A DNA stretch of 64,000 nt from a virus (taxonomy: Duplodnaviria; Heunggongvirae; Uroviricota; Caudoviricetes), in IMG/VR virus record IMGVR_UViG_3300044693_000272; one strand, given 5' to 3'. The notes beneath the pieces were generated by a model. The model was not told the DNA's origin, did no database searches, and saw only the letters and a program-made list of their open reading frames with translations. Shown one piece after another: positions 9,185-18,706 of the stretch; the stretch's first letter is position 1; each line of letters begins with the position of its first letter. Made by a program: the position numbers and the translations under genes.

Positions 9185-9817
9185 TTAGATTGAGGCTTTT
9201 AGCAAGGTCACAAGCTTCTTAAAGAGCTTTTCCTGCGCGGTTTTTTGTCGTTCGTATTTGGTGGCTATGTCAAATGCTAATTTAAAATCTTCATTATCTT
9301 TCAGATTATATGCCTTAATCCAAGTTTGTTTGCGTTGGATTTCTTCAGCTTCAATCTTGAGAATATAATCAATAAAACGTTTTGTTTTATCCTCAAATTC
9401 ATCAATCATTCCAATATAATTGACATTGGCTATTTCTGAGGCTTCAAGCAAATCATCTAGACAGCCGTAAACTGATCTACTATAACGTACTGGTCGATAT
9501 GATTGTTTACCAATCTTTAGTACATCAAGTATCATTTCAACTTTAGCTTCGTATTCGTCGTAATTGATGGCATGCAATGAACCATTCAATGTGTACTTGG
9601 CATCATTATAATTGAATTGATACTTGAATTTCACTTCTTCAAACCCAGAATTCTGATCGAATCCGTGGAGCGGCGTTTCGTCCCCTTCGGGGGCTATACT
9701 GAATATGAAATCACGATGCTTGATTAGTTCTTTTAGAACTGGGAAGAGATATTGATTGCCTTTTTCGGCACCTGATAGAATCAGTGCCAGCAATGCTGTT
9801 TCATGTTTCTTTGCCAT
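9185..9817 (-). CDS. tandem paralog family A, member 3 (210 aa)
   Basis: MAKKHETALLALIL ... KLVTLLKASI. Confidence 0.5.
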   Translation of the reverse strand: MAKKHETALLALILSGAEKGNQYLFPVLKELIKHRDFIFSIAPEGDETPLHGFDQNSGFEEVKFKYQFNYNDAKYTLNGSLHAINYDEYEAKVEMILDVLKIGKQSYRPVRYSRSVYGCLDDLLEASEIANVNYIGMIDEFEDKTKRFIDYILKIEAEEIQRKQTWIKAYNLKDNEDFKLAFDIATKYERQKTAQEKLFKKLVTLLKASI

Positions 9818-9885
9818 TTTGTATTTTTAAGTTGTCAGGCGTTGTGCGGCAAGTATAACATTTGCTAACACAAAGAAACAGACTT

Positions 9886-10569
9886 CTACTTCAGAAGTGG
9901 TAAGATCTTGCCAAATGCTTCACTGATTTTGTCAAAGGTACCAAGCTTACTAACTGCTTCGTACAAGGTTTCAATATTGGCTGGGGGCCTAGTGATGTGA
10001 ATATTGTACTTCTCGAAGACTTGTTGCTTCAAATTTATTGACTTCAGTGTACGAGCGTTTTTGCGTTGCTCGGTCTTGATTTTACGTGCTTTAGCATTGC
10101 TGCTGGCTACTGCGATCACGTCTTCTATATCATGTTCTTCAGCTAATCGAATTTTATTAAGCATCGTGCTAATAAGCCCTTGATATTCACCCAAAGATGT
10201 ACCAGGAATTATTGATTCCCAAACGTGCAGATGAAAATCGTAATGTGGCAAGCATTCACGGAATGCTTGCCCATCAACATAACCATATCTCTTGATGCTG
10301 AATATTAGACTACCAGAAAATCCTGCTACTTCTGCGGTGATGCGCACTTGTTTACCACTAGGGGTATCAAACGTGTAAGTGAAAGAGAGTTGTGAATCAC
10401 CTTCTTCGACAACCTTTGAAATCGATTTACCACTTCCTTTGATTTTGTGTAATTTGAACGACCCTTGAGGATTACGGGACGCCAACGCTTTACAGAACGC
10501 CTTCTCAAGGTCGTTTAGGTTATAGGAAAGGATTACTTTGACAAGTGAGGCTTCAGCTTTGCTGGCCAT
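9886..10569 (-). CDS. tandem paralog family A, member 4 (227 aa)
   Basis: ATG at 10569 (MASKAEASLVKVIL) after GGGGGT; C-terminus FGKILPLLK. Confidence 0.5.
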   Translation of the reverse strand: MASKAEASLVKVILSYNLNDLEKAFCKALASRNPQGSFKLHKIKGSGKSISKVVEEGDSQLSFTYTFDTPSGKQVRITAEVAGFSGSLIFSIKRYGYVDGQAFRECLPHYDFHLHVWESIIPGTSLGEYQGLISTMLNKIRLAEEHDIEDVIAVASSNAKARKIKTEQRKNARTLKSINLKQQVFEKYNIHITRPPANIETLYEAVSKLGTFDKISEAFGKILPLLK

Positions 10570-11275
10570 TTTTACCCCCAATCAATGGCAATAGCTCACC
10601 GAATGCTTTGCTGATTGCTTTTTCATTATTCAGCCTACTCAACACCTTGAACAGTAGTTCTGTTTCTGGTGTTGATGTGACATTGTGATTCTGAAACACC
10701 AATTGTTTCTTTCGATCTCGTGCAGAACTTCGTTGAACCCGTAAATTAGCACGTTGTTCTTCAGCTTCAGCCTTTTGCTGATCAAGCTTTTCCAAATAAG
10801 CTGGGATTTCATTCTCTGCTTTTTCAAACTTGGTGAAAACCGTTCTTATCGTGTCACCAAGTTTTATGGCATACACGTCATCAGAGCATCCTTCAGCACA
10901 CCAAAACGCGTCAGCACACCAAAATCTAGTGTGTCCTTGACTAATGTTGGTAATTGAAGGTTTGTTGCTTTTGTTGAAGCCACAAAAACTAATGCCCATA
11001 TGTGTGTTGATGTTTTTGGTGCTTTGTGGTGTCGCTACGACAACAACTTCAGCTTTATAGCTTTGACCGTCACGTTCAAATTTATATTTGAAACCGCACC
11101 TTGTACTCATCCTCGAGTTATACTTCCATTGACGGTCAGTGCTCGGATCGTATTCGTAAAACTCACCATCAGGATAACGCCGTGCCAATTCACCAGCCAG
11201 CATCTTCTCCAGACAATTGATGTCGATCGTAAGAGCCAATTTCAATAGGCTCTCTTCAGCTGCGGTAAGAATCAT
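10553..11275 (-). CDS. tandem paralog family A, member 5 (240 aa)
   Basis: MILTAAEESLLKLALT ... FGELLPLIGGK; its ATG overlaps the stop of the upstream gene (ATGA). Confidence 0.5.
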   Translation of the reverse strand: MILTAAEESLLKLALTIDINCLEKMLAGELARRYPDGEFYEYDPSTDRQWKYNSRMSTRCGFKYKFERDGQSYKAEVVVVATPQSTKNINTHMGISFCGFNKSNKPSITNISQGHTRFWCADAFWCAEGCSDDVYAIKLGDTIRTVFTKFEKAENEIPAYLEKLDQQKAEAEEQRANLRVQRSSARDRKKQLVFQNHNVTSTPETELLFKVLSRLNNEKAISKAFGELLPLIGGKNGQQS

Positions 11276-11943
11276 GCTGCAATGCCTTGAGCGTTTACGC
11301 TACGATAAATTCGTAGCTGAGTTGTAAGGTTGAATTTAATGTTTTCGTAAACTGGTTCTTGTTCAGGGAAATTGCGCCGTGCAGCTTTCAAGAACGGGAA
11401 GAAATGTTCTTCCGTTTCATCGCAGTAACTGATTTGCTTTTCCAGCTTGAACACACCAGCCATCGTTCGCATATTATGCACGCGATCGCTGCCTTTCACA
11501 ACAGACACACAGAAATTACCGGCCAGTGGTTCGAAGTATTCATCCGTGGTTTTCTTTTCACCTCGGTATTCTTTTGCAAGCAGACGACAATCAGCTTCGA
11601 TCACTGTGTCTGTTTTCTCACCGATTTCTTCGAAGCTGATTTGGTGACCATAGTCTTCACCGAGATCATGTAGCAGAGCGTCAGCGATTGTGCGTGGAGC
11701 GTCAATCAACAGTTTCTCCATGGTCAGGAGATACAGCGCGATTTCGATCTGATGTTGGAATTCAGGCGTTTTGCCGTCTTTGCGGAAACCTGTGTGGTAC
11801 AAGAGGCCTAGATCGAGTGCCTTGATTGCCACGTACCAAGCAGGATCACGAGAAGCTCGTCCCATCAACTGATAACGAAGAGCCATCTTCAACTTTTCGT
11901 AATGAAGGACTTCAGGTGTTACGAGCTTCTGGTGGGTTGCCAT
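11272..11943 (-). CDS. RelA/SpoT-family HD-domain (p)ppGpp hydrolase (small alarmone hydrolase, Mesh1-like)
   Basis: ALLHDLGEDYG matches the SpoT HD motif ALLHDVIEDT; VKGSDRVHNMRTM matches KLADRLHNMRTL; no synthetase domain. Confidence 0.65.
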   Translation of the reverse strand: MATHQKLVTPEVLHYEKLKMALRYQLMGRASRDPAWYVAIKALDLGLLYHTGFRKDGKTPEFQHQIEIALYLLTMEKLLIDAPRTIADALLHDLGEDYGHQISFEEIGEKTDTVIEADCRLLAKEYRGEKKTTDEYFEPLAGNFCVSVVKGSDRVHNMRTMAGVFKLEKQISYCDETEEHFFPFLKAARRNFPEQEPVYENIKFNLTTQLRIYRSVNAQGIAA

Positions 11944-12021
11944 CGTTGGCTCCTCGAAATCATTCTAGATATGGCGAATGATAGCTTCAAGGTGGCCAAT
12001 TTGCAAGTGAATCTTGCCAGA

Positions 12022-12384
12022 TCAGTTGCGATAAAGTCGAAAACGTGTTGACTTGCTTGACTTGAGCGGTTTGTATTTGATAGTGAATGAATGATTATTA
12101 CCGAGTTTTCCCGTACTGTACATACGCACACTGTAAGGTTTTAATTCAATCGATTCGAACGTTTCCTGTACTTCTTCCAGAGCAGCATCAAGGCTTCTGT
12201 AAGTTGTTTTTAAGGTGTACCATCTATTCGTACGATTGTCACGAATTACGGCATCCCACCATCCGTAAAGATCAAGCCAAAGTTTTATCCGATAATGCTT
12301 ATGTCTACGAATCAGTGTTTTCATAATGAACTCATAATCATTTTCAACAATTATACTTTCATCATATGTCATACGCAAGCTCAT
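12022..12384 (-). CDS. hypothetical protein (120 aa)
   Basis: ORF track. Confidence 0.45.
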   Translation of the reverse strand: MSLRMTYDESIIVENDYEFIMKTLIRRHKHYRIKLWLDLYGWWDAVIRDNRTNRWYTLKTTYRSLDAALEEVQETFESIELKPYSVRMYSTGKLGNNHSFTIKYKPLKSSKSTRFRLYRN

Positions 12385-12412
12385 AAATACCAGACATTTA
12401 TAGTGAGGGTTT

Positions 12413-12931
12413 ATGAAACATCCATTACTTGGCTATTTGGAATACGAAGCAAAGGTAAAACCAGCAATTGCTGAATTAGTTGCCAAAGTAGATTCGATGA
12501 CTGATGAAGAGATTGATGCGGCTGATACCCCATTGCCATGGTTTAAGACTGCATTAAAGATGCTGAAATACGAAAATATCCGTAAGGCTCAAGGTGTTGA
12601 AATGCTTGGTGTAACAATGGGTCACACACCTGATTCAATGGGTCAAGCTGCAATGTGGACAGACGGTGATATCTTCATTCAAGCATCTAGCAAAATGGCG
12701 GTTGAATTGAAAACCAACACCTTGGTCTGGTTTCCGGAAACCGGTGGGGTCTGGATTGAAAGTACATTCTGCAGGACCGTGGATCATCGCCTAGCAGATT
12801 TACCAATTACTGATGTGATGACAAAGAGTCAGTATATGGTTGCGTATAAAGAAGCACTCGCCAAACGTCACGGTGTCGTTATCAAGCAAGAACCGGAATC
12901 ACCAATTAAAGGGGTTAGGATTTATCGTTGA
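12413..12931 (+). CDS. hypothetical protein (172 aa), one of few plus-strand genes
   Basis: GTGAGGG SD before ATG; divergent from the 12022-12384 gene. Confidence 0.5.
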   Translation: MKHPLLGYLEYEAKVKPAIAELVAKVDSMTDEEIDAADTPLPWFKTALKMLKYENIRKAQGVEMLGVTMGHTPDSMGQAAMWTDGDIFIQASSKMAVELKTNTLVWFPETGGVWIESTFCRTVDHRLADLPITDVMTKSQYMVAYKEALAKRHGVVIKQEPESPIKGVRIYR

Positions 12932-13086
12932 AAAAATCACTCAACGCTTGTTTGTATCCTTTTATTCGTCGTTGTACTTGATCCAGTTGAAAAATATCTT
13001 CTGGTGTCATGATTTCCTTATAATAAATCAAGGATCGCTGAAGCATTTGTTCCAGACGAATGGCACTTATTTCAAATACAGTCATT

Positions 13087-13440
13087 TTATGTGCGTTTGG
13101 CGTTCTTTGAATTCAAAAAGCGTTTGGATACTACCGCATTAAATTTGGTCATCCAAAATTGCTCTCGTACTTTCAATACCTCTTCATCAGCAACATATTC
13201 TAGTATAATGCGTTCAAATTGAGTGATGCCATAATGCTCGAATATCTGTTTGAATAATTTACCAGATCCACGATAGTCGTCAGTGACTTTACCTTTGTGG
13301 CTACCAATATAAAATTTGTCTTCAGGAATACATCGCCACATATAAACGAATCCAGCATATTCATCAGGTTTTACTGCGTCCAAATTTTGGATATTTTCTA
13401 GTAGTGGATTTTTATGAGTAATTGAAACAATGGTCTTCAT
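13087..13440 (-). CDS. GIY-YIG domain nuclease-like protein (117 aa)
   Basis: GFVYMW...FYIGSHKG...Y.GSG spacing fits the GIY-(10-11)-YIG motif. Confidence 0.5.
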   Translation of the reverse strand: MKTIVSITHKNPLLENIQNLDAVKPDEYAGFVYMWRCIPEDKFYIGSHKGKVTDDYRGSGKLFKQIFEHYGITQFERIILEYVADEEVLKVREQFWMTKFNAVVSKRFLNSKNAKRT

Positions 13441-13475
13441 TCAACCATGTTACAGTAGCCATGTTTTAGTAGTCA

Positions 13476-13504
13476 AAATGGTGGGCTACTTAGCCCACCA
13501 TTTT
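13476..13504. terminator. hairpin terminator
   Basis: aaatggtgggct-actt-agcccaccattt followed by TTATC. Confidence 0.45.
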
Positions 13505-13515
13505 ATCACTACACC

Positions 13516-13758
13516 TCATCTCGAATTTGATTGTTTGATAATCTTAGAACGCAGATACATCGTTCCCATACCAGTAAGAACGACAATCATGTATATCAAG
13601 CCGAGACCGCCGATGAGCCACCAACCAAAAAGGAAAATTGCAAGGTTCTCGCCATCTTGTAAATATGCGCTTCTACATACTACAGGCATACCACCTGTTG
13701 CGATGAACAGCACTAATGCGATGCTACCGGCAAGTATCCAAAGAATGATGAATAGCAT
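13516..13758 (-). CDS. small membrane protein (80 aa)
   Basis: Two hydrophobic helices; hairpin terminator 13476-13504 downstream. Confidence 0.45.
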   Translation of the reverse strand: MLFIILWILAGSIALVLFIATGGMPVVCRSAYLQDGENLAIFLFGWWLIGGLGLIYMIVVLTGMGTMYLRSKIIKQSNSR

Positions 13759-13791
13759 TACTGCACTCCAGTATATGCTACTAACCTTGGA

Positions 13792-13986
13792 TTATTCATC
13801 ACGTTCCTTTAGCTTGATGCGTTTTGGTGGAGCATCAGAGCTGAGTAGGTAAATGCGAACTTCGCCGTAATTTTTCAAATCACGAGCATAGTTTTGTGCT
13901 TGCTCTTCTTCTGGAAAGAGTCGCATAGGATCAATGTGTAATGCACTGCGCCAAATCGTTGTTACGAAATACATTTGAAATTCCAA
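13792..13986 (-). CDS. hypothetical protein (64 aa)
   Basis: ORF track. Confidence 0.35.
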   Translation of the reverse strand: MEFQMYFVTTIWRSALHIDPMRLFPEEEQAQNYARDLKNYGEVRIYLLSSDAPPKRIKLKERDE

Positions 13987-14040
13987 TAGCGTTGATGCCG
14001 TATGCTAACACATATGGCATCAACATAATCTAAAACTGGC

Positions 14041-14403
14041 TTACTTTTGGCGGCCGCAGAGGGGAACCGTTTCTTTACCCATCGCAATACGTTTCGCATT
14101 CTGTTCTTCAGCAATCTCAGCTAGTTGGCGCCAGTAATGCATGATTCGACCGCGCACCTTCTGCAGATGATAGTCATCAAGCCGACCATTGCGCAACGCA
14201 AACTTGGCAGCCATCGTCATGTACTTTGCATCGTTTGCGCGGAAGCCTACTTCGTTATGGTGCTTCGTTTCTTCGCTGCGTTGCTCATCAGCCGTTTGGC
14301 GCTCGTAAATACGAACGAGAGCACGGACAACAGCACGATCATCCTTTGCGAGCAACGACTGAATCTGCTCTTTCTTCAGCTTCTGCGCTTGCGTCTTGTT
14401 CAT
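14041..14403 (-). CDS. hypothetical protein (about 120 aa; start MNKTQAQ)
   Basis: Promoter-motif artefact MVDKQEST trimmed; CAGGAGAGC SD. Confidence 0.5.
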   Translation of the reverse strand: MNKTQAQKLKKEQIQSLLAKDDRAVVRALVRIYERQTADEQRSEETKHHNEVGFRANDAKYMTMAAKFALRNGRLDDYHLQKVRGRIMHYWRQLAEIAEEQNAKRIAMGKETVPLCGRQK

Positions 14404-14536
14404 TGTGCTCTCCTGTTTGTCTACCATGTTCGTATATTACGTTCATTTGGTATAACAGTCAAGCACTAACTGAACATGGTTACTTCTTGCGTACCGGCTC
14501 GTAAAGGTCCCAACTGATGGTAGCGATGCCATATGC

Positions 14537-14577
14537 TTTAATTGAATGATTGATGGCCTCCATTTGGAGGCCATCAA
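14537..14577. terminator. palindromic hairpin of the ATGATGGCC ... GGCCATCAT family
   Basis: tgaatgattgatggcctcc-attt-ggaggccatcaatcattta. Confidence 0.45.
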
Positions 14578-14590
14578 TCATTTATTACAT

Positions 14591-15103
14591 TCACTTCAAC
14601 AATGTTATTGCGCCCCATTCTGAATTTGAAAATTCAACACGTCGTCCGTTCGAAAATTCAATCACCACATCTTCGGCATCGCAATTGAGTTGATAGCTTT
14701 CTTCATTTTCGAAGACGCTCACTCCTTTCTTTTCACAAGCGGCGACACGAACATAACCAGCTACCGCAATATCACCGAAGATTACTTTTGCAGCTTGGGT
14801 CACAACGTCATTTGACAGAAATATTTGCTGATTCAAATCCTTACCATGTCGAAAACCACCACGTTCAGCAATTCTCTCATCCATTTCACGACTCCTTTCT
14901 GCTTCGAAATATTCAGAGCGTATACCGATAAGAAACCACAATTCCTCGAAACCATCTTCAGTATCGAAGTCACTTTCGATACCAAGATCAATTAGCATCA
15001 TCGATAATTCTTGAAGTTGTGTTTCATTATAAAACCAAACGTCATGCGCTACTTCATCGGCACGCTTACCGTTAAGCAGCATCTGCCCGTATTCAACTTT
15101 CAT
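14591..15103 (-). CDS. hypothetical protein (170 aa)
   Basis: ACAGGAGCG SD; palindromic hairpin 14537-14577 downstream. Confidence 0.55.
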   Translation of the reverse strand: MKVEYGQMLLNGKRADEVAHDVWFYNETQLQELSMMLIDLGIESDFDTEDGFEELWFLIGIRSEYFEAERSREMDERIAERGGFRHGKDLNQQIFLSNDVVTQAAKVIFGDIAVAGYVRVAACEKKGVSVFENEESYQLNCDAEDVVIEFSNGRRVEFSNSEWGAITLLK

Positions 15104-15173
15104 GTTCGCTCCTGTTATTTAACTTAGAACAATAGTAACTTCATATGAATGAAACAGCAAGCGTAGAATGAAC

Positions 15174-15206
15174 GATGGCTCCCAAATTGGGAGCCATCAT
15201 ATTTTC
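15174..15206. terminator. palindromic hairpin of the GATGGC ... GCCATC family
   Basis: gatggctccc-aaatt-gggagccatc then ATATTTTC. Confidence 0.45.
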
Positions 15207-15216
15207 AGATCAAGTA

Positions 15217-15657
15217 TTACTTGAATACAGCAAGTGATGCTTTAACATTCAAGCCAATGTTATTCACTGATCGAACTAGCTCATTGTTCTCAAAGTGAGC
15301 AACATTCAGAACTGTGTAAAAACCCTTTGACGCATGAGTCTGATCATGGAATGCTTCGTAAGTCTTGCCTACTTTGTCATCGCCTTCTTGACCTGAGGAA
15401 TATACAAACAATATGCGCTGGCGACCATTCTCGTCTTTAGCACAAATGTAGATTGTACCGTCACCCCACTCTGACACCGCTTCTTGCAGCGTCACCACAC
15501 GCTTGCCATACAATGCCATAGTAGCTGGAAGGATAATCCAGCCTCGAGACATACGATCCCAATTCGCTTCATCAAGTTCTTTTTCGTTGTCGTTTACGCT
15601 ATTTGGCTGGTATCCGATGTCTTCTTGCAGGATTTTATAAAATTCATCAAAACGCAT
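15217..15657 (-). CDS. hypothetical protein (146 aa)
   Basis: AAAGGAGAA SD; hairpin 15174-15206 downstream. Confidence 0.55.
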   Translation of the reverse strand: MRFDEFYKILQEDIGYQPNSVNDNEKELDEANWDRMSRGWIILPATMALYGKRVVTLQEAVSEWGDGTIYICAKDENGRQRILFVYSSGQEGDDKVGKTYEAFHDQTHASKGFYTVLNVAHFENNELVRSVNNIGLNVKASLAVFK

Positions 15658-15962
15658 TGGAATTCTCCTTTGCGTTTATTTATCCTGAGCTTTAAAACTA
15701 CCGATTCAACATCCCGATAGTTGGCTAATAACACTCGAAGCAATGATATTTCTTGCCACTCGTTTTAATTGATTTTCATATGTGGCACGCAGATTTGCGC
15801 ATTTTGCCGTTGACCAAAGGTGGATTAACTCTACTACATCTTCAGCAGCAAGTGACATCTACGGTCTCCATTAAGTCACGTACTAACAACAAAACGTAGA
15901 TTAAAACTGATTATGCTCCACCGCAAGCACTTTTTACAGAAATTTTTGTAACCAAGTAAATT

Positions 15963-16253
15963 TTACTTAATCGACGGTGTAATGTGGATGAGGATCCCCA
16001 TCACCACAAAAGCAGCAATGGTAAATCCAATAAAAGACCAACCCCATATCGCGCGTTTTTCAGCATCTTTTGGGAGAATCGACCGTTCAAGCTTGACGTC
16101 AATTTCCTCTTCCCATACACCGTCAACAATTCGATTTACAGTAGTGGTGATGATTGTAAATTCTTCCCGAATGTGATATCGGTAATACATAACGTAGCAA
16201 ATGATCATCAATCCAACCATCACATATTGAATAACGACAAGCAGGTTATGCAT
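15963..16253 (-). CDS. small membrane protein (about 96 aa; start MHNLLVV)
   Basis: GGAGG SD 9 nt before the internal ATG; hydrophobic helices. Confidence 0.45.
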   Translation of the reverse strand: MHNLLVVIQYVMVGLMIICYVMYYRYHIREEFTIITTTVNRIVDGVWEEEIDVKLERSILPKDAEKRAIWGWSFIGFTIAAFVVMGILIHITPSIK

Positions 16254-16440
16254 CACCAGCCTCCCTCTTGTATTTGGCAAGAACCTCACACATCTTCAAC
16301 CCAGAAAAGTCTGGATACTCGAAGTTAGGAAACAATACTGACAAGGCAGTCCGAAAGTCAGGATCCTCATCATAGATCTCCCAAACTTCCATGGCAGGGT
16401 GGTACGCATCAACATAATCATATGCTTGTTTGATGTTCAT
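16246..16440 (-). CDS. hypothetical protein (64 aa)
   Basis: AAAGGGGGTGGT SD. Confidence 0.5.
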   Translation of the reverse strand: MNIKQAYDYVDAYHPAMEVWEIYDEDPDFRTALSVLFPNFEYPDFSGLKMCEVLAKYKREAGDA

Positions 16441-16450
16441 ACCACCCCCT

Positions 16451-16711
16451 TTAGATAAGCTGAATGTTATTGCAAATGAACGTATCTACCTGACTAAAAC
16501 CATGTTCCCGTTCTGCTTGAGCAATAAGGTTCTCAACCTCCCTACCCCGCTCCCCCAAAAACATAGACAAACGATTGGCATCCAAAACCAGCTCGACAGC
16601 TTCATCGTTCGAATCACATTCGTCAACATCAGGAGCAATCATACCCCACACTGATTGGATAGGACTACGAATCTTACCCAAAAACTCAGCGTCTAGCTTA
16701 ATAGCCATCAT
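16451..16711 (-). CDS. hypothetical protein (about 86 aa)
   Basis: Trimmed promoter-motif artefact; AGGGAGGTG SD. Confidence 0.5.
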   Translation of the reverse strand: MMAIKLDAEFLGKIRSPIQSVWGMIAPDVDECDSNDEAVELVLDANRLSMFLGERGREVENLIAQAEREHGFSQVDTFICNNIQLI

Positions 16712-16771
16712 CACCTCCCTGGTGTCTACCATGTACCAAATGATACGTTCATTTAACCATAGTAGCAAACA

Positions 16772-17401
16772 CTATTTTGAAGTCACATTTCGTTCGGCAT
16801 CACGCTCAATCATGTTCCAAGCATAGTCGAACAAATAATTGTGCGCGTTACCCTTGAGATTGTAAATCTGTTTCGACAAAGACAACTTAACAAATGTCCG
16901 GTACCCCGCCACGGCTCTTGTGGAGGTTCTGTGAACGATCTTGTTATCAAGTCTTAGTAACGTCTTGGGTAGATAGGTGATAATGTTACCTTCATCAGCT
17001 TGCGCAGTCATGTCAACAATCGACTGATGCTCATCTTCTGAAATATCAAATGCCTGATCGCAGAACTCAGTACTGTTTTCAGGAGCACCATCAGACCAAA
17101 TATAATTGATATCATCCGTCCCAAAACCATCAATATGCCACCCAGGTCGATTACCCAAATTCTCAGGAGTAACATACAAATGCTTGGCTGTGATATAAAT
17201 GTAATACTCATCATTAAAAGAGAAATAAGTCTCCTCAGCATCACGAATGACTCGATCAATCAACGGCTTGAAACACATCAGGTTATCCGGAATACGAAGA
17301 CCACATCCAGGCATTTGAATAGGCATATATTGAATAAACATCATCTCAGACGCATCACATTCAATAACACCCAAATTATGAGGAAGACCTCCTACTATCA
17401 T
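16772..17401 (-). CDS. hypothetical protein, possibly 2OG-Fe(II)/PhyH-like oxygenase
   Basis: AAGGGGGTG SD; PGWHIDG resembles the PhyH W-H-x-D motif, later His residues present. Weak. Confidence 0.4.
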   Translation of the reverse strand: MIVGGLPHNLGVIECDASEMMFIQYMPIQMPGCGLRIPDNLMCFKPLIDRVIRDAEETYFSFNDEYYIYITAKHLYVTPENLGNRPGWHIDGFGTDDINYIWSDGAPENSTEFCDQAFDISEDEHQSIVDMTAQADEGNIITYLPKTLLRLDNKIVHRTSTRAVAGYRTFVKLSLSKQIYNLKGNAHNYLFDYAWNMIERDAERNVTSK

Positions 17402-17560
17402 CACACACCCCCTTGTGGTATACCATATCATTATTTTATGTTCATATGAACCATTCCGCAAACAGATTGTTCATGGACAATTCATGGAGGTTATTAACTT
17501 TAACTAAGGAACTCTGTGATCCTATTAATGAAAGCTATCAAACCCAGGCAGAACTCTGAT

Positions 17561-17594
17561 AATATGATGGCCTCCAACTGGAGGCCATCATATT
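17561..17594. terminator. palindromic hairpin of the ATGATGGCC family
   Basis: aatatgatggcctcc-aact-ggaggccatcatatt. Confidence 0.45.
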
Positions 17595-17606
17595 AAAGAA
17601 ATCTGG

Positions 17607-17963
17607 TTAAAACGACTGCAATACTTGATTGCGATAGTTGTTGATCATGCCATTTACTGCAACCGAGGTTCTGGCACAAGCCAACATCGCTTCTTCCTTC
17701 TGTTCGGAAGTAAGACCATCTTTGAATGGTAACGTACTGTAATAAGCTGCAATCTTACCTTCGAGAATGCATCCTTCCTGCGAAACGGTAATCAGCATTT
17801 CCTGATTGCCATGTTTGCGTGCTTGTAGATAGTTGAACAGATGTCGCCGAATTAGGATCTTTAGATCACAACAAGCATCAACAGATGTTACAACGTTTGT
17901 GGGTGTAAAGGCAAAACGCTCAATGATCAAGTCTGCGTACTTCTCAAAAAACGAGTCAATCAT
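17607..17963 (-). CDS. hypothetical protein (118 aa)
   Basis: AAGGAGGAATAATG start overlapping upstream stop (TAATG). Confidence 0.5.
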   Translation of the reverse strand: MIDSFFEKYADLIIERFAFTPTNVVTSVDACCDLKILIRRHLFNYLQARKHGNQEMLITVSQEGCILEGKIAAYYSTLPFKDGLTSEQKEEAMLACARTSVAVNGMINNYRNQVLQSF

Positions 17964-18139
17964 TATTCCTCCTTATATTGTTTCAACGCATTATAAGTTT
18001 CAGAACAGCAGAAAGAGCAACAGACTGGCGCACCACACAACAGACACCCCATTCGAGGGTATGAATACACTGTGTTGTTACCACAATGCTCGCACTCTTC
18101 GCCAGTGCCCTTCTTGTCATCGTTTGCTGAGTTGATCAT
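17963..18139 (-). CDS. small Cys-rich zinc-ribbon protein (58 aa)
   Basis: Not in ORF track; MINSANDDKKGTGEECEHCGNN...CLLCGAPVCCSFCC; ATG overlaps upstream stop (ATGA); stop overlaps downstream ATG. Confidence 0.45.
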   Translation of the reverse strand: MINSANDDKKGTGEECEHCGNNTVYSYPRMGCLLCGAPVCCSFCCSETYNALKQYKEE

Positions 18140-18330
18140 GCATATTCCTTGAATGTGTAGAAGATGCCAAATTCATTCAACTGTTCGATATACGAACGAG
18201 CATCAAGCGTTGATACTTTGCCCTTGTTTTTCATGATGTGATCGTAAACACGAATATTGTCAGCATCTACCTTGAATTTCGACATTTGCTTCATGTTCAC
18301 CGATAGCAGACCAAACATTTTCACCTCCAC
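18136..18330 (-). CDS. hypothetical protein (64 aa)
   Basis: GGAGGTGAAA SD; promoter motif 18337-18385 upstream. Confidence 0.5.
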   Translation of the reverse strand: MEVKMFGLLSVNMKQMSKFKVDADNIRVYDHIMKNKGKVSTLDARSYIEQLNEFGIFYTFKEYA

Positions 18331-18336
18331 ATTTGC

Positions 18337-18385
18337 TTACCATGTTCAAATGATACATTCATCTGAACATGGTTGCAAGTGTTTT
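18337..18385 (-). promoter_or_regulatory. conserved promoter/operator element: -35 TTGCAA (18373-18378), -10 TATCAT (18350-18355)
   Basis: Near-consensus copy with CATGTTCA/TGAACATG inverted repeat. Confidence 0.55.
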
Positions 18386-18641
18386 ATTCGTCCTCGTCTT
18401 CTTCTTCGCCCTCGTCTCCATCTTCATCGTTTTCGTCACGAACGAGAGCGTTAAGGACGCATTCGTCACCATCGTAGTCAGGTGCTTCAACGCTCACTTC
18501 GAGCAGCGTTCCGTAGATGCCCGAGTCGTCACCCACTCCCGACCGACCTTTCACTTCCATATCCGGTGGAAGCGTCTTGAGGATGGCAAGCGCAGCTTCC
18601 AGTTGAGCGATCAGATCTTTGTTCAGCATTTGCTTTGCCAT
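18384..18641 (-). CDS. hypothetical acidic protein (about 85 aa) with poly-Asp/Glu C-terminus
   Basis: ACAGGAGAAC SD; promoter motif 18655-18706. Confidence 0.5.
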   Translation of the reverse strand: MAKQMLNKDLIAQLEAALAILKTLPPDMEVKGRSGVGDDSGIYGTLLEVSVEAPDYDGDECVLNALVRDENDEDGDEGEEEDEDE

Positions 18642-18654
18642 TGTGTTCTCCTGT

Positions 18655-18706
18655 TGTTTACCAATAGCCAAATGATACATTCACCTGAACATGGTTGCAA
18701 CACTTA
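18655..18706 (-). promoter_or_regulatory. conserved promoter/operator element: -35 TTGCAA (18695-18700), -10 TATCAT (18672-18677)
   Basis: Consensus copy. Confidence 0.5.
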
